DNA of 64,000 nucleotides, taken from a virus. The position numbers were made by a program, and so were the translations under genes. Under the pieces are notes generated by a model. The model was not told the DNA's origin and did not search any database. It was given only the letters and a program-made list of their open reading frames with translations. Shown here one piece after another: positions 1 through 9,736 of this stretch; the stretch's first letter is position 1; the number at the start of each line of letters is the position of its first letter. Where the stretch lies: IMG/VR virus record IMGVR_UViG_3300028549_001461, positions 32,001 to 96,000 of that record; one strand, 5' to 3'.

Positions 1-1
1 T

Positions 2-2866
2 ACAGGTAGTTATTTAAAGGAAGCTGAAAAAATAATGGGTATAAATCTCAATGTTTCTAAATATACAAAGGAAATCACAGGTAATAAGGAATTACTACAG
101 GAAGTGCTTTCTAAAGGACAAGCTATATATGGAGAAGGTTCTTCTCTTAATCAAATAGTAAGTCGTTCTGGGCCTATTGGTATTAAAAATTTAGTAGAAA
201 GTATAAGCAAAAATCGTGGTTTTGCCGATGGTGGTTTAGTTGATAAAAGAAATAAGTTACTTGCTAATATAGCTGCTTCTAATGATGATACCTCAAAGCA
301 TGTTTTTGAAAGTATGTCTGAAATATTGGATAAAAATCCAGAAGTTTTGGATTACTTGAGTGAGGTTAATATTTCTTCAAGTGCTAGTGTTAAGAAACCT
401 TCAGGAACAGCTGGTTTTGCAGGAAATTATCCTGGATCTCCAAAAACAGACCTTTGGTATAATAAAGATATTATTTCAGATGTTTTAAGTGGTACTAATA
501 AATTTAAATATCCAAAAGATATGGGGGGATCACCAAAAGAAATAATAAATAGTATTTTATCTCACGAAGTAGGTCATGCTGCTCTTAATGTTATGAAGGT
601 CAATCAACCCGAACTTGCTAAAAAATGGATAGCAGAATTATCTAAAGTACCTGCAAATAGTTTAACAGACTATAGTAAAAAATACAGAGATAATAGTTTA
701 AAAACTATACCAGGTAGAGATGAACATGAAACATTTGCTGAATTATTTAGATTACATAATGCTACAAATAGCAAAGTAGCTTTAGCCGATATGGATCCTA
801 AAGAAGCTATTAAACTTTTTACTAATAAAGAAGGGGTTGTTAATAAAGATACTAATACTACTACACCTGTAAATAAAGTTATACTATCTCGTGGCGCAGA
901 TTTAGCAAATTTATCAAGTTCCAGGTCATACCCACTAAATACTGAAAGTCGTATGGTACCAAAAGTTTCTATGGTTAGTGAATCTTTTGAGAGTCTTTTA
1001 GATAATGTGTCTACAGAAGCAAAAGCTAAAAAAAGTAACTTGTCCGATATAAATAAATTTAAAAAAGACCAAGCAAAAGTACAAATGCTTCAAACAACAG
1101 ATGATGAAGGTAGTTTTATAAAGCAAAATATTTTAGATACTTTGAAAAACACAATTGAAAGTAACAGACAAAGTATTGATATACATAATAGTAATATGGA
1201 TGTACCCACAAATAAGTTAATAGCCAAACAGTTTAATGCTACACATATAGGTAAAGCATTCACATCTGCTGGTTATGGCTCAAACGGCGGTGGAGCTGGT
1301 CTATCTATTATGAATGGTACCGGTAAAGGCAATGCTTTAGTAAGTAGTGCTACTGTAGCTAAAAATTTACCAAATTCATTTTCACAATTAAAAGATAGAT
1401 TATCATATGTTAGTAAAGATACACCAAGTAGAGCTGAGTATCTTAAAGGCTTATCCGAAGAAGAAAGAAATTCTTTCATGTCTTCATTAGATGTGAATAA
1501 AGCTACTTTAAACGCAATTGAAGAATCTGGTGGCTTTGAATACGCTATTCGTAGCCAAGAAGGTAACTTTTTGATGGAGAAGGCCAGACAAAACTTTATG
1601 CGGCATACTGGCGAGTTTTATTTTTATGATATTGGAGATAAAGCTAAAGAAAAATTTAATAAAAATGAAAATAGATACTTAAGAACTTACACGAGAGAAC
1701 AAGAAGTCGATATCTTTGCAAAGCAGTTAAAAAATGCTCAAACTGATAAAGAGCTTAATAAGAATTACTATGGGAGTGTACCTGGACAACCACATTTAAG
1801 TGAAGAAACTATACTTTTATGGGAACGTTTTAAAAAAGAACATCAAATTAAAGGTGAAAAAAGAACTTTAAACACAAACAATAATAGTAATAGAGTTTTC
1901 CATAACGGTGGTATAGCTAATAATACTGGTACTTACTTTCTGGAGCAAGGTGAAAGAGTTTTGCCTAAAAACTTTAAAGATGGGGGACAAGCCCTTTCCG
2001 ATGTTTCTAGTGCATCTATGTCAAGGCAGTCATACTCAGTTGAATTAGAAGGTTTAGATACTTTTGAAGAATTAGTTGACACATTTGAAGAAAGTATTTC
2101 TAAGCTGTCCTCTATTAAAATAGAAGGTTTAGATAAATTAACTAATATTAAAATAGAAAATATAGATAAATTAACTGATATCAAGATTGAAGGTATAAGT
2201 GAACTACGAGATATTAGTATAAAAGATGTTGATAAATTAACAGACATACATATAGAAGGTGTAGATAAACTTACTAATATTAAAATAGAAGGTTTGTCAG
2301 AATTAAGAAATATAAAGATAGAAGATGTTGATAAACTAACTTCTATAAAAATAGAAGGTATAGATCAACTTCGAGATTTAAGAATAGAAGGTATTGAGCA
2401 AATTCGTGATATAAAAGTAGAGGGTTTATCAGAACTTAAAAATATAAAAATAGAGGGTTCAGAGAATCTTAGAGATATAAAAATAATTGGTATAGAAGAA
2501 CTTAAAGATGTGAGTATAAATAGTAACAATCAAAGTTCTGTTGGTGCAGACACTAAGGATATGTTAACATCTGCTTTAAAGGATTTTGATTCACGAGTTT
2601 TGAATTTAGAAGAATCTTCTAGTAAGCAAATTGATATAATAAAAACTACAGTTACTGACCTAGTTAATGACTTACCTACTATATCAATGGTTCAAAAATC
2701 CGATATAGATAATTTAAAGAAAGAAATTACAGATACTAACTCTGAGATATCCAATCTTGCTTCTAGTATAAAAAGTTTAAATCAGGAATTATCTATAAAG
2801 GTAAAAGAAATAAATGATAAACAGAACACAGCTATGACACATATATATTCTATAAAGAGAAATTAA
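2..2866 (+). CDS. C-terminal part of a large tape-measure-like/injected virion protein with a zincin (HEXXH) metallopeptidase motif; 5'-truncated by the window
   Basis: Frame is open from base 2, upstream of the ATG at 35. ILSHEVGH (HEVGH at 563-577) is followed by HETFAELF. FADGG, FHNGG...LEQGERVLP and FKDGG motifs are typical of tape-measure C-terminal regions. Coiled-coil-like C-terminus; precedes tail-like genes. Confidence 0.6.
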   Translation, partial: TGSYLKEAEKIMGINLNVSKYTKEITGNKELLQEVLSKGQAIYGEGSSLNQIVSRSGPIGIKNLVESISKNRGFADGGLVDKRNKLLANIAASNDDTSKHVFESMSEILDKNPEVLDYLSEVNISSSASVKKPSGTAGFAGNYPGSPKTDLWYNKDIISDVLSGTNKFKYPKDMGGSPKEIINSILSHEVGHAALNVMKVNQPELAKKWIAELSKVPANSLTDYSKKYRDNSLKTIPGRDEHETFAELFRLHNATNSKVALADMDPKEAIKLFTNKEGVVNKDTNTTTPVNKVILSRGADLANLSSSRSYPLNTESRMVPKVSMVSESFESLLDNVSTEAKAKKSNLSDINKFKKDQAKVQMLQTTDDEGSFIKQNILDTLKNTIESNRQSIDIHNSNMDVPTNKLIAKQFNATHIGKAFTSAGYGSNGGGAGLSIMNGTGKGNALVSSATVAKNLPNSFSQLKDRLSYVSKDTPSRAEYLKGLSEEERNSFMSSLDVNKATLNAIEESGGFEYAIRSQEGNFLMEKARQNFMRHTGEFYFYDIGDKAKEKFNKNENRYLRTYTREQEVDIFAKQLKNAQTDKELNKNYYGSVPGQPHLSEETILLWERFKKEHQIKGEKRTLNTNNNSNRVFHNGGIANNTGTYFLEQGERVLPKNFKDGGQALSDVSSASMSRQSYSVELEGLDTFEELVDTFEESISKLSSIKIEGLDKLTNIKIENIDKLTDIKIEGISELRDISIKDVDKLTDIHIEGVDKLTNIKIEGLSELRNIKIEDVDKLTSIKIEGIDQLRDLRIEGIEQIRDIKVEGLSELKNIKIEGSENLRDIKIIGIEELKDVSINSNNQSSVGADTKDMLTSALKDFDSRVLNLEESSSKQIDIIKTTVTDLVNDLPTISMVQKSDIDNLKKEITDTNSEISNLASSIKSLNQELSIKVKEINDKQNTAMTHIYSIKRN
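2114..2509 (+). repeat. 12 tandem degenerate 33-nt (11-aa) coding repeats, consensus IKIEG(L/I)(D/S)(K/E)L(T/R)(D/N)
   Basis: Counted in the translation from IKIEGLDKLTN to IKIIGIEELKD: 12 x 11 aa = 396 nt. Confidence 0.95.
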
Positions 2867-2867
2867 T

Positions 2868-4907
2868 ATGGCTGATACAGAAGAACAAGAGGTAGGTGAT
2901 TTTTGGCCAGGCTTTCAAGTACTTTTTGAGATGCCTGCCACATCAAGTTTGGAGGGTGTGGCTAAAAATATCCTTGAATCCTTCCATATACCTTTTAATG
3001 GTAGTGTGGAGGGTGGATCATTGGCTAATGTTGACATAAAGAGAGCAGATGCTTTAGCTACTTTAAAGGCTTCTCTACTTGAAACTTTTGCAGAAGGTGA
3101 GGGATCTAAGTTAAAAGAGATAAGGATAAATCCAGAAGGAGAGGCTGAAATATATGATGTTGGTACAAATTCCTCTGATATACATCCTTACTACACTATA
3201 GAAGCTAGTACTTATATAAAACCTAAGGTTTCTGTTACAGTTACTGGTGCTAAACCGCAACAACAGCGCATTATATACCCTTGGTATGAACTGATTGGTT
3301 CAAAAGCTAAAGCAGAGAATAGGTGTACTTTGTTTGACACTTCTTACTTTAATTCAAGCTGTTTAAGTAATTTAGTTACACATGCCACAATAACTTATCA
3401 AGACCCATTTAGAAACACACCTAATAGTAATTGGAACAATGGTATAAAAGAAACATTTGAGCTCAATAGTCCATTTGAAAGATTTATAGGATTTTCTTGG
3501 AGAGTAACACCGCCCCAAGCCTTAGTAACACCTTATACAAAGATATATCAACAAAGCCAAGCTTCTGTTCCTGTGGCTTTAACAGGTGTTGACTGTAAAA
3601 TAGGAATGGATGGCCCCCATCCAAACATTGGTAAATTAGTTAGACGTAAGGTTATGTTGCCAGGGGTTGGTGTAGATATACAAAATTGTACTATTTTTGA
3701 TGGTGAATATAGAGAGTGTTCAGAAGACTCTGTAAAATTAAATATACCAATACTTGAAGGTCTAACTTATGACACTGTAAGAAAAACGACTGTTAGTAAG
3801 TTCTTGGGGGTATCAGGTGTTTTTGTTATAGGTATACCAATAAGAAATTGTTTTGGAGTACCAGCAGATGAAAAAGCAGCGCGTTTAGAGAACACAGCTT
3901 CAAATACTGTATTGTCAGTTTTTACATCTAATGTTTTTAGGACTATTATAAAACTTAACGAAGGTATACACTATGCCACATTATACCCTTCAACTGAGGA
4001 TGACCCTAACTTTGAAAATTTACCTTGTTTTCAATTTGTTAATAATTTAAGATACTATGATTATGCTAATGTTGGTACAGCGGTAAATTTTTATGTAAAC
4101 CCTTTAAGTGCTGAGTTAGATAAGTTATATGGTGAAGCAGAAGTAGCCATAGGTACCATTCTTCCTCTAGAAAATTTAAACGGTATTTTAGTTGAACAAG
4201 TGATAGCACAAGCTAATTTAGATACACCTTGTTTTGTTGTAACAGACCCTACGAAGAGTGTAAAAGAGATAGCCGAAAATCTTAAAGTAGAACTTTTAGC
4301 AATGGCTATAAGGGATCTGCCCTCTCCTATTTCAATAAATGGTAAATTAATAAATCAAGAAGACGGTATAGTAGATAATGACCCAACAACACAAGCACAA
4401 GAGTTACAAGAGACAGAAATGGAAAAAGCTTTGAATGAAATGGGATCAGGAAGAGCTATAAGTATAACTATGGCTTCTTTAAATGAAGACCATACTGTAC
4501 TTCTTTCACAAAAACTTTACGATATATTATCAGACGATAACGGAGCTATTTTTACACATACCTGTCCACCATCGGATAACCCTAAGGTTGGTGATAAAGG
4601 TAAAAACGGTGGTATTATAAATGTAATTGAATACTCTTACACTGACCAGGGTTCTTATCTTATAAATATTACAGAAGGTCCAGAATCTTTCGGTGATTTT
4701 TCAGGAATAGATGGTGGTATCTATCAAAAACAGACTGAGGAACTAACTACAAAAGGTACAATAATAGAAGATCTTGGAAATCACGTTCAATATAGAGTAC
4801 ATGTAGATGGTTACGGAGATATTTGGGCTATAAATGGTTGTGCAAGTGTATTAGGTCTAAGGGATCGTGTTTCTATAACTATTCATAATAACGCAGTGGA
4901 GAAATAA
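2868..4907 (+). CDS. Putative virion structural protein (tail/baseplate region), 679 aa
   Basis: Long ORF starting 1 nt after the tape-measure-like gene; no recognisable catalytic motif; function inferred from position. Confidence 0.5.
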   Translation: MADTEEQEVGDFWPGFQVLFEMPATSSLEGVAKNILESFHIPFNGSVEGGSLANVDIKRADALATLKASLLETFAEGEGSKLKEIRINPEGEAEIYDVGTNSSDIHPYYTIEASTYIKPKVSVTVTGAKPQQQRIIYPWYELIGSKAKAENRCTLFDTSYFNSSCLSNLVTHATITYQDPFRNTPNSNWNNGIKETFELNSPFERFIGFSWRVTPPQALVTPYTKIYQQSQASVPVALTGVDCKIGMDGPHPNIGKLVRRKVMLPGVGVDIQNCTIFDGEYRECSEDSVKLNIPILEGLTYDTVRKTTVSKFLGVSGVFVIGIPIRNCFGVPADEKAARLENTASNTVLSVFTSNVFRTIIKLNEGIHYATLYPSTEDDPNFENLPCFQFVNNLRYYDYANVGTAVNFYVNPLSAELDKLYGEAEVAIGTILPLENLNGILVEQVIAQANLDTPCFVVTDPTKSVKEIAENLKVELLAMAIRDLPSPISINGKLINQEDGIVDNDPTTQAQELQETEMEKALNEMGSGRAISITMASLNEDHTVLLSQKLYDILSDDNGAIFTHTCPPSDNPKVGDKGKNGGIINVIEYSYTDQGSYLINITEGPESFGDFSGIDGGIYQKQTEELTTKGTIIEDLGNHVQYRVHVDGYGDIWAINGCASVLGLRDRVSITIHNNAVEK

Positions 4908-5506
4908 TGTCTATTAAAAGTGTTCCTATAAGAGCTACAGTAACTTTTGGGGGTTTAACAGTATCTACACCTTATGTGCTTTCTTTCAATGTTACGAAAA
5001 CAAGAAATAGTAAATCTACTTTTTCAGCATCTTTGAAAGTAAAAGCTGAAGATTTATCTTCTTTAACTGATAATACAGTTACTATTTCAGCAGGCGAAAA
5101 GGGGAGTTTAATAAAAATATTTACAGGTTTTATACTTTCTTCCAGACCAAGTATTTGCTTTGATGATCCTAATTATACTGTTTTAAATATATCTGGAAGT
5201 GACATCCTTTTTAGGCTTGAAGGTGAAAAGTATACACGAAGACAAATGGACTCAAGATCAAGGTGGGCTATAATAGATAGTGTTATTAGACAAGCAGAAA
5301 AGGGTAGTCAATTTGCTTTAGTAAATGCCAATGTGCAGTTTAATGATGATGATATAACAGGTAATACTGAGAAGAAAAATAAAAGTAATGTTAACCCTGA
5401 TCTAACTTCTTTTGGTGTAAGTAATTTAGCTAGTGGTTTAATGTCTTTAAATTTTCAGTTTAGTGCTGTTACTAATGTACCAGAAACTACAAAACCTAGT
5501 AATTAA
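4907..5506 (+). CDS. Putative baseplate hub / tail-tip protein
   Basis: Pattern LSFNVTKTRNSKSTFSASL...IFTGFI...LNISGSDILFRL resembles the N-terminus of phage hub/late-control-D-like proteins; TAATG overlap with the upstream gene. Confidence 0.5.
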   Translation: MSIKSVPIRATVTFGGLTVSTPYVLSFNVTKTRNSKSTFSASLKVKAEDLSSLTDNTVTISAGEKGSLIKIFTGFILSSRPSICFDDPNYTVLNISGSDILFRLEGEKYTRRQMDSRSRWAIIDSVIRQAEKGSQFALVNANVQFNDDDITGNTEKKNKSNVNPDLTSFGVSNLASGLMSLNFQFSAVTNVPETTKPSN

Positions 5507-5523
5507 CCAGGGAGTAATAACTA

Positions 5524-5916
5524 ATGTTTTATAATGCAGCTACATTATCTATGCCTTCTGGAACATATATTGATATAAGTGTACCAGTTTTTCCTAAAGA
5601 AGGTCAAGGGGCTTTTCCTAAAAAAGCCACTGAGTTAGTTTCTATACATGGTGTTAAAACACCTCATATACTGGGTTTTGTTTCTGAAGATATTTCTGTT
5701 GGTACAATTACTGAATCACCCGATGCTGTAGGTTTAAAAGTACGTTATACTCATCTTGTAAGTAAGGAAAACCGTATTTACTTTTTTTCAGCAAATAATG
5801 ATGTTTATATAATATCTCTTATTTCTATACCGATACATACACATGAGTCAATTGAACAAGGTGGTCCAGCATATGGTACATATATGGCCGATATACCAAA
5901 AAAAGCTACTTCATAG
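5524..5916 (+). CDS. Hypothetical protein (tail module)
   Basis: ORF with upstream GGGAG site, in the co-oriented cluster. Confidence 0.6.
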   Translation: MFYNAATLSMPSGTYIDISVPVFPKEGQGAFPKKATELVSIHGVKTPHILGFVSEDISVGTITESPDAVGLKVRYTHLVSKENRIYFFSANNDVYIISLISIPIHTHESIEQGGPAYGTYMADIPKKATS

Positions 5917-5935
5917 TATATAAAGGATAATAGCC

Positions 5936-6559
5936 ATGGCAAAAACTACTTGTTGTAATTTAGTTGGTGACTTTGATATAACAGCCCCTGGTATACTTTC
6001 GATTACCTCACAAGGTTCCACACAAATGAATCTTATTTCGGCGAATAACGTAAATGCTTATACCATATCCGCTAGTACAGGGACAGTATCATTAACAGCT
6101 TATGCCTCTGCACTTAGATATAAAGGTTGTCCAGGGAGAGCTGGGGTAAGTATACCATGGATTGTAAAAAGTAATTGCGCAAAGAATATATATCTTTTTG
6201 GTGGTTACGGACGTTCTTATATATCAGGAGAAGTTGGGGATTACGCTAAATTTCCTTCTATAGCTGGTGTACCTAATCCTATAAGTGAGTATGATGTAGT
6301 AAGCGCTACAGCTGGTTCTGGCCCATCAGCTTTGTATGAAGACTCTACTCAAAAGGATGGTTATGGTTTGATATATAAAGGTAACCCTTGGGATATAGAT
6401 ACGTCTTCAGAGTCAGGTTGTTTAATTAATCTAACCTCCTATGGTATAGGAGGATATGGTTTGTGCATGCTTCAAAATATAAATATACAGTGTGTACCTG
6501 GACAGATTCCAATAGTCAATATGAGTTTTATATATTCCATAGATCCGGAGGATAAGTAA
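5936..6559 (+). CDS. Hypothetical virion protein, Gly/Ser/Cys-rich
   Basis: AAGGA site upstream; composition rich in beta-strand-favouring residues. Confidence 0.6.
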   Translation: MAKTTCCNLVGDFDITAPGILSITSQGSTQMNLISANNVNAYTISASTGTVSLTAYASALRYKGCPGRAGVSIPWIVKSNCAKNIYLFGGYGRSYISGEVGDYAKFPSIAGVPNPISEYDVVSATAGSGPSALYEDSTQKDGYGLIYKGNPWDIDTSSESGCLINLTSYGIGGYGLCMLQNINIQCVPGQIPIVNMSFIYSIDPEDK

Positions 6560-6835
6560 ATGGTTGATGTAGTAATTACAGGAACTACTTATAAATTACG
6601 TGCTGGATCTCCTATGCCAGTAGGTGGTTCTGCTTTTATTTTGCAAACTTTTATGGGTGAGGAATCTAAGGTAACAACTTATTTGTATACAGAATCTTTA
6701 CCTGGAAGCGAAGAATTTAGAGGACAAGGTGGTGATCTAGTTTCTGGTTCTTTTACTCGTATGTTAGATGTTAGTGGAGATGTATTTTCTGGCAATACTG
6801 TAAATGACCCGACATTTGTTGAAGAGCGCACCTAA
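6560..6835 (+). CDS. Hypothetical protein
   Basis: Abuts the upstream stop; TAATG coupling to the next gene. Confidence 0.6.
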   Translation: MVDVVITGTTYKLRAGSPMPVGGSAFILQTFMGEESKVTTYLYTESLPGSEEFRGQGGDLVSGSFTRMLDVSGDVFSGNTVNDPTFVEERT

Positions 6836-7086
6836 TGGCAACAACTACAGACCTGACTTGTGGTTTTATAGAATGTACTTCTCTTTCTGTTAGTTATGAT
6901 ATAATGGGTAGAGTTAGCGTATCCTATGTAGTAGTCCATAAAACTGCTGATTTTTGTTATACAAACACGATTGAAGCAGGCGGGCAAACATTTAAAGGAG
7001 AGGTAATGTCACTCTCTTTGAATCAAATAGTAGGTACAGTAGGTTGGTATGAAACACATGTAGTTTTAATTGCTACTACAAATTAA
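6835..7086 (+). CDS. Hypothetical protein (small, beta-rich, tail module)
   Basis: TAATG overlap with the upstream ORF. Confidence 0.6.
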   Translation: MATTTDLTCGFIECTSLSVSYDIMGRVSVSYVVVHKTADFCYTNTIEAGGQTFKGEVMSLSLNQIVGTVGWYETHVVLIATTN

Positions 7087-7097
7087 AGGAGTTTATT

Positions 7098-7304
7098 ATG
7101 GGTTGTGGTAGTTGCTCTAAGAGAAGTAAATATGCTAATAGGGTTTCTGATGTTAGCAAAGAACTTTTCGGCGATTATAAATATCTATCTAATGCTCAAA
7201 TAGAGGCTAGATTAGCTTCTTACAAAAGACATAATTGTACACAATGTGATAAAAGATATGAGTGTAACTACACTTCTTTTTTAATATGCAAACAAGGGGA
7301 ATAA
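7098..7304 (+). CDS. Small Cys-rich protein (MGCGSC...CxxC-x4-C-x7-C)
   Basis: Strong AAGGAG site; 6 Cys in 68 aa. Confidence 0.7.
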   Translation: MGCGSCSKRSKYANRVSDVSKELFGDYKYLSNAQIEARLASYKRHNCTQCDKRYECNYTSFLICKQGE

Positions 7305-7309
7305 AATAA

Positions 7310-7969
7310 ATGGGTATTATAATAGGAGCAGTAACTACAGTTAACTTTTCAGGGGGACACGCCACACAAGTTTCTTGGAGTGTAAATTCTAATGTACAAA
7401 GGGCTTATGTTTTGGGTAGTTGGGAACCTTATTCCCTTGCAAGTATAAAAAGCCCTTCAGAAACTTTAAATGTTACAGTATACTCACCTGGACCTACCTA
7501 TCCTACGTCACCTACAACTACTTGTACTTATGCTAATACTATATTAGCTTCAGTAGCTCCAGCAGGTTGTGGAGCAGGTTCTGAAGGCCCAAGTTCTATA
7601 GATTGGTATGTTACTAGCTATAACTACTCTAAAGGTGACGCCCGTTCTCCTGGCACGGAATCTTGGTCTATGATGAATTACGTAACATTAGGTGATAGTG
7701 CGGTAATGCTACCTACTTATGTTTTACGTGGTATATCCGAAGGTTCTGTTACTAGTTCAGACACTTTAGGACCTGCTCAATCTAAGACCGGAATTAATTT
7801 TGCTGGAACGGTTGACTCCGGTACTTCTGGTTCTGTTTCAGCTGGTCAAATTGGTAGGTCTGATTTTCAATACACAGGTGTTATCGATTCTGTAGGGGGT
7901 TCAACGGGTGGTTCTGGGGATGTAGGCAATGCTTCTTGCTCTATGCCATATACTCCTCTTTATATTTAA
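7310..7969 (+). CDS. Putative tail-tube-like virion protein
   Basis: TQVSWSVNSNVQRAYVLGSWEP...ETLNVT resembles tail-tube/Hcp-fold strand patterns; rich in Gly/Ser/Thr. Confidence 0.35.
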   Translation: MGIIIGAVTTVNFSGGHATQVSWSVNSNVQRAYVLGSWEPYSLASIKSPSETLNVTVYSPGPTYPTSPTTTCTYANTILASVAPAGCGAGSEGPSSIDWYVTSYNYSKGDARSPGTESWSMMNYVTLGDSAVMLPTYVLRGISEGSVTSSDTLGPAQSKTGINFAGTVDSGTSGSVSAGQIGRSDFQYTGVIDSVGGSTGGSGDVGNASCSMPYTPLYI

Positions 7970-7985
7970 CTATGGTATTTAAACT

Positions 7986-8414
7986 ATGCGCGATTTATTT
8001 TTATTAGGTGAAAAATATAGATTAGAGTTGTTATGGGATTCTGTGTCTTATTCTGATAATGTGTGCACTTTTTTAGGTGCTTATTTTTCAGGACCAGTTT
8101 TACAATTAGCTGAGAAAATAGAAAGTAACACTTTTATAATGTTAGATTTTTTTAGACAATACTTTGTATTAGTGGATAACGTATATATTGGTAAATTATC
8201 TTGGGGAGAAGTAACGTATAAAGAAGGTAAGATTCTTCTTAATGACTGTAAACTAACACATAAGTCAGAATTACATAAAGTTCCCAAGTTAAAAGATAAT
8301 GACATTCTTATAATTGATTGTAAGAATCATGATAGAGAAACACATGCCTTTTATACTACATATAAAACTTATGTGTCTAATGAAAATCTACATTTATATA
8401 ATTTTTTAAATTAA
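7986..8414 (+). CDS. Hypothetical protein
   Basis: ORF fills the gap in the + strand cluster. Confidence 0.6.
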   Translation: MRDLFLLGEKYRLELLWDSVSYSDNVCTFLGAYFSGPVLQLAEKIESNTFIMLDFFRQYFVLVDNVYIGKLSWGEVTYKEGKILLNDCKLTHKSELHKVPKLKDNDILIIDCKNHDRETHAFYTTYKTYVSNENLHLYNFLN

Positions 8415-8415
8415 T

Positions 8416-8700
8416 ATGGTTGACTATACTTGTGGTAATTTTCCAGAATATTTAGTAAATAATCATGTCGGCAAGTGTTATGCGCCTTGCCCGTTTGATA
8501 CAGAAGCTTCAGATATGAGAACAAGACATTTATTAAATATTCCATTTTCTGGTACTTTACCTTTAAAAACACCTCATATTGGGGATGATAACAAACATTA
8601 TTATATGAAAATAACTCATAGTGGTGATTGGGGATATGTATGTACGTACAGTGGCTGTTCTTATTTACTAGATTATGGCATACCATATTTTTGTAGGTAA
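8416..8700 (+). CDS. Small Cys/His/Tyr-rich hypothetical protein
   Basis: Starts 1 nt after the upstream stop; 6 Cys. Confidence 0.55.
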   Translation: MVDYTCGNFPEYLVNNHVGKCYAPCPFDTEASDMRTRHLLNIPFSGTLPLKTPHIGDDNKHYYMKITHSGDWGYVCTYSGCSYLLDYGIPYFCR

Positions 8701-8764
8701 TTACTTTCAACAAAATAAATTTTTTATTTTACTAATTATTATATTTTAAAAGGAGAACATATAT

Positions 8765-9736
8765 ATGTCAATTTCACTTGATGTGCAAAACCTTGAATTG
8801 TATCCTGGTGTAACAAAGAAAGTTACTTTGGACACAACTGTATTAGTGCCTACAGGTATGGAAGGTGATGAAAAATACATGATAACAGCCTCTACTACGG
8901 CTTATTCTGATTCTGTTGCTAGAACTAGTATACAAAGTCTTTATATTGCCAGTGGTAAAATAGGATGGACAAAAAGTTCAGGTTTTAAAGGAACAAATGG
9001 TAAGTTTGCGTTGGATTCTACTCACTGTGTTTTTGGTGTTAAATTGGACGCTACTGTTAGTGGTACTACTGGTAATACTTATTATGATATTACATTAGAA
9101 CACGAGAATGGTATATTAAGACGTGGTGAAGATATAGCACTGGATATGCAGAAAAAACTTCAAGCTTTAACTATGAATACTGCAGATACTGGTTTTAGAT
9201 TGGCCTATAAAAATTGTTCTGTTAAATTTACAGATAATAAGTTTTTTATATCTTCTGGTAGTATAGGTAACTATTTTACAGGTTCTATGCGTTCTTCAGC
9301 TAGAGTTGGTGGATCTCCAGCTAATGACTGCTCTGCTCTTTTAGGCTTTGATCAACAAGTAACCACTGAAGACTTATCAAGCATTACAGTTTTAGAAGCG
9401 CCTTTATTAAACAACTATACGGCTGATACCGCTTCTTTGGTTATTAATATGAATACTGGTATAAACATTGGTGATGCTCTTTGTATAACTGCTGGTCCCA
9501 GTAAAAAGGATTATTTTACAGTTTTAGATGTAGCTACCAATACATTAACAGTACCGACTTCAGGAACTAATGGTTTCGTGGGTATAAAAAACTCATATAC
9601 AACTACTGAAGGTGCATATATACAAGTTTTACAGAAGGGTGACCCAGATAATACACCAGATAGTTATCATAAAGATACTGATGAATTACTTAGGTATATG
9701 GCTAAAATAATGATTAATCAAATAGACTTTTCATAA
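8765..9736 (+). CDS. Putative virion structural protein, 323 aa
   Basis: AAGGAG site; Thr/Ser/Gly-rich; shares an F.I.SG...LGF module with ORFs 18082 and 25860. Confidence 0.65.
   Translation: MSISLDVQNLELYPGVTKKVTLDTTVLVPTGMEGDEKYMITASTTAYSDSVARTSIQSLYIASGKIGWTKSSGFKGTNGKFALDSTHCVFGVKLDATVSGTTGNTYYDITLEHENGILRRGEDIALDMQKKLQALTMNTADTGFRLAYKNCSVKFTDNKFFISSGSIGNYFTGSMRSSARVGGSPANDCSALLGFDQQVTTEDLSSITVLEAPLLNNYTADTASLVINMNTGINIGDALCITAGPSKKDYFTVLDVATNTLTVPTSGTNGFVGIKNSYTTTEGAYIQVLQKGDPDNTPDSYHKDTDELLRYMAKIMINQIDFS

Noticed and set aside
2114-2509. 33-nt periodic sequence as a possible CRISPR array
   Set aside because: No constant repeat with unique spacers; it is an in-frame, degenerate protein repeat.
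8712-8730. aaaataaa-ttt-tttatttt inverted repeat as a terminator
   Set aside because: All-AT 8-bp stem, expected by chance at this base composition and too unstable.
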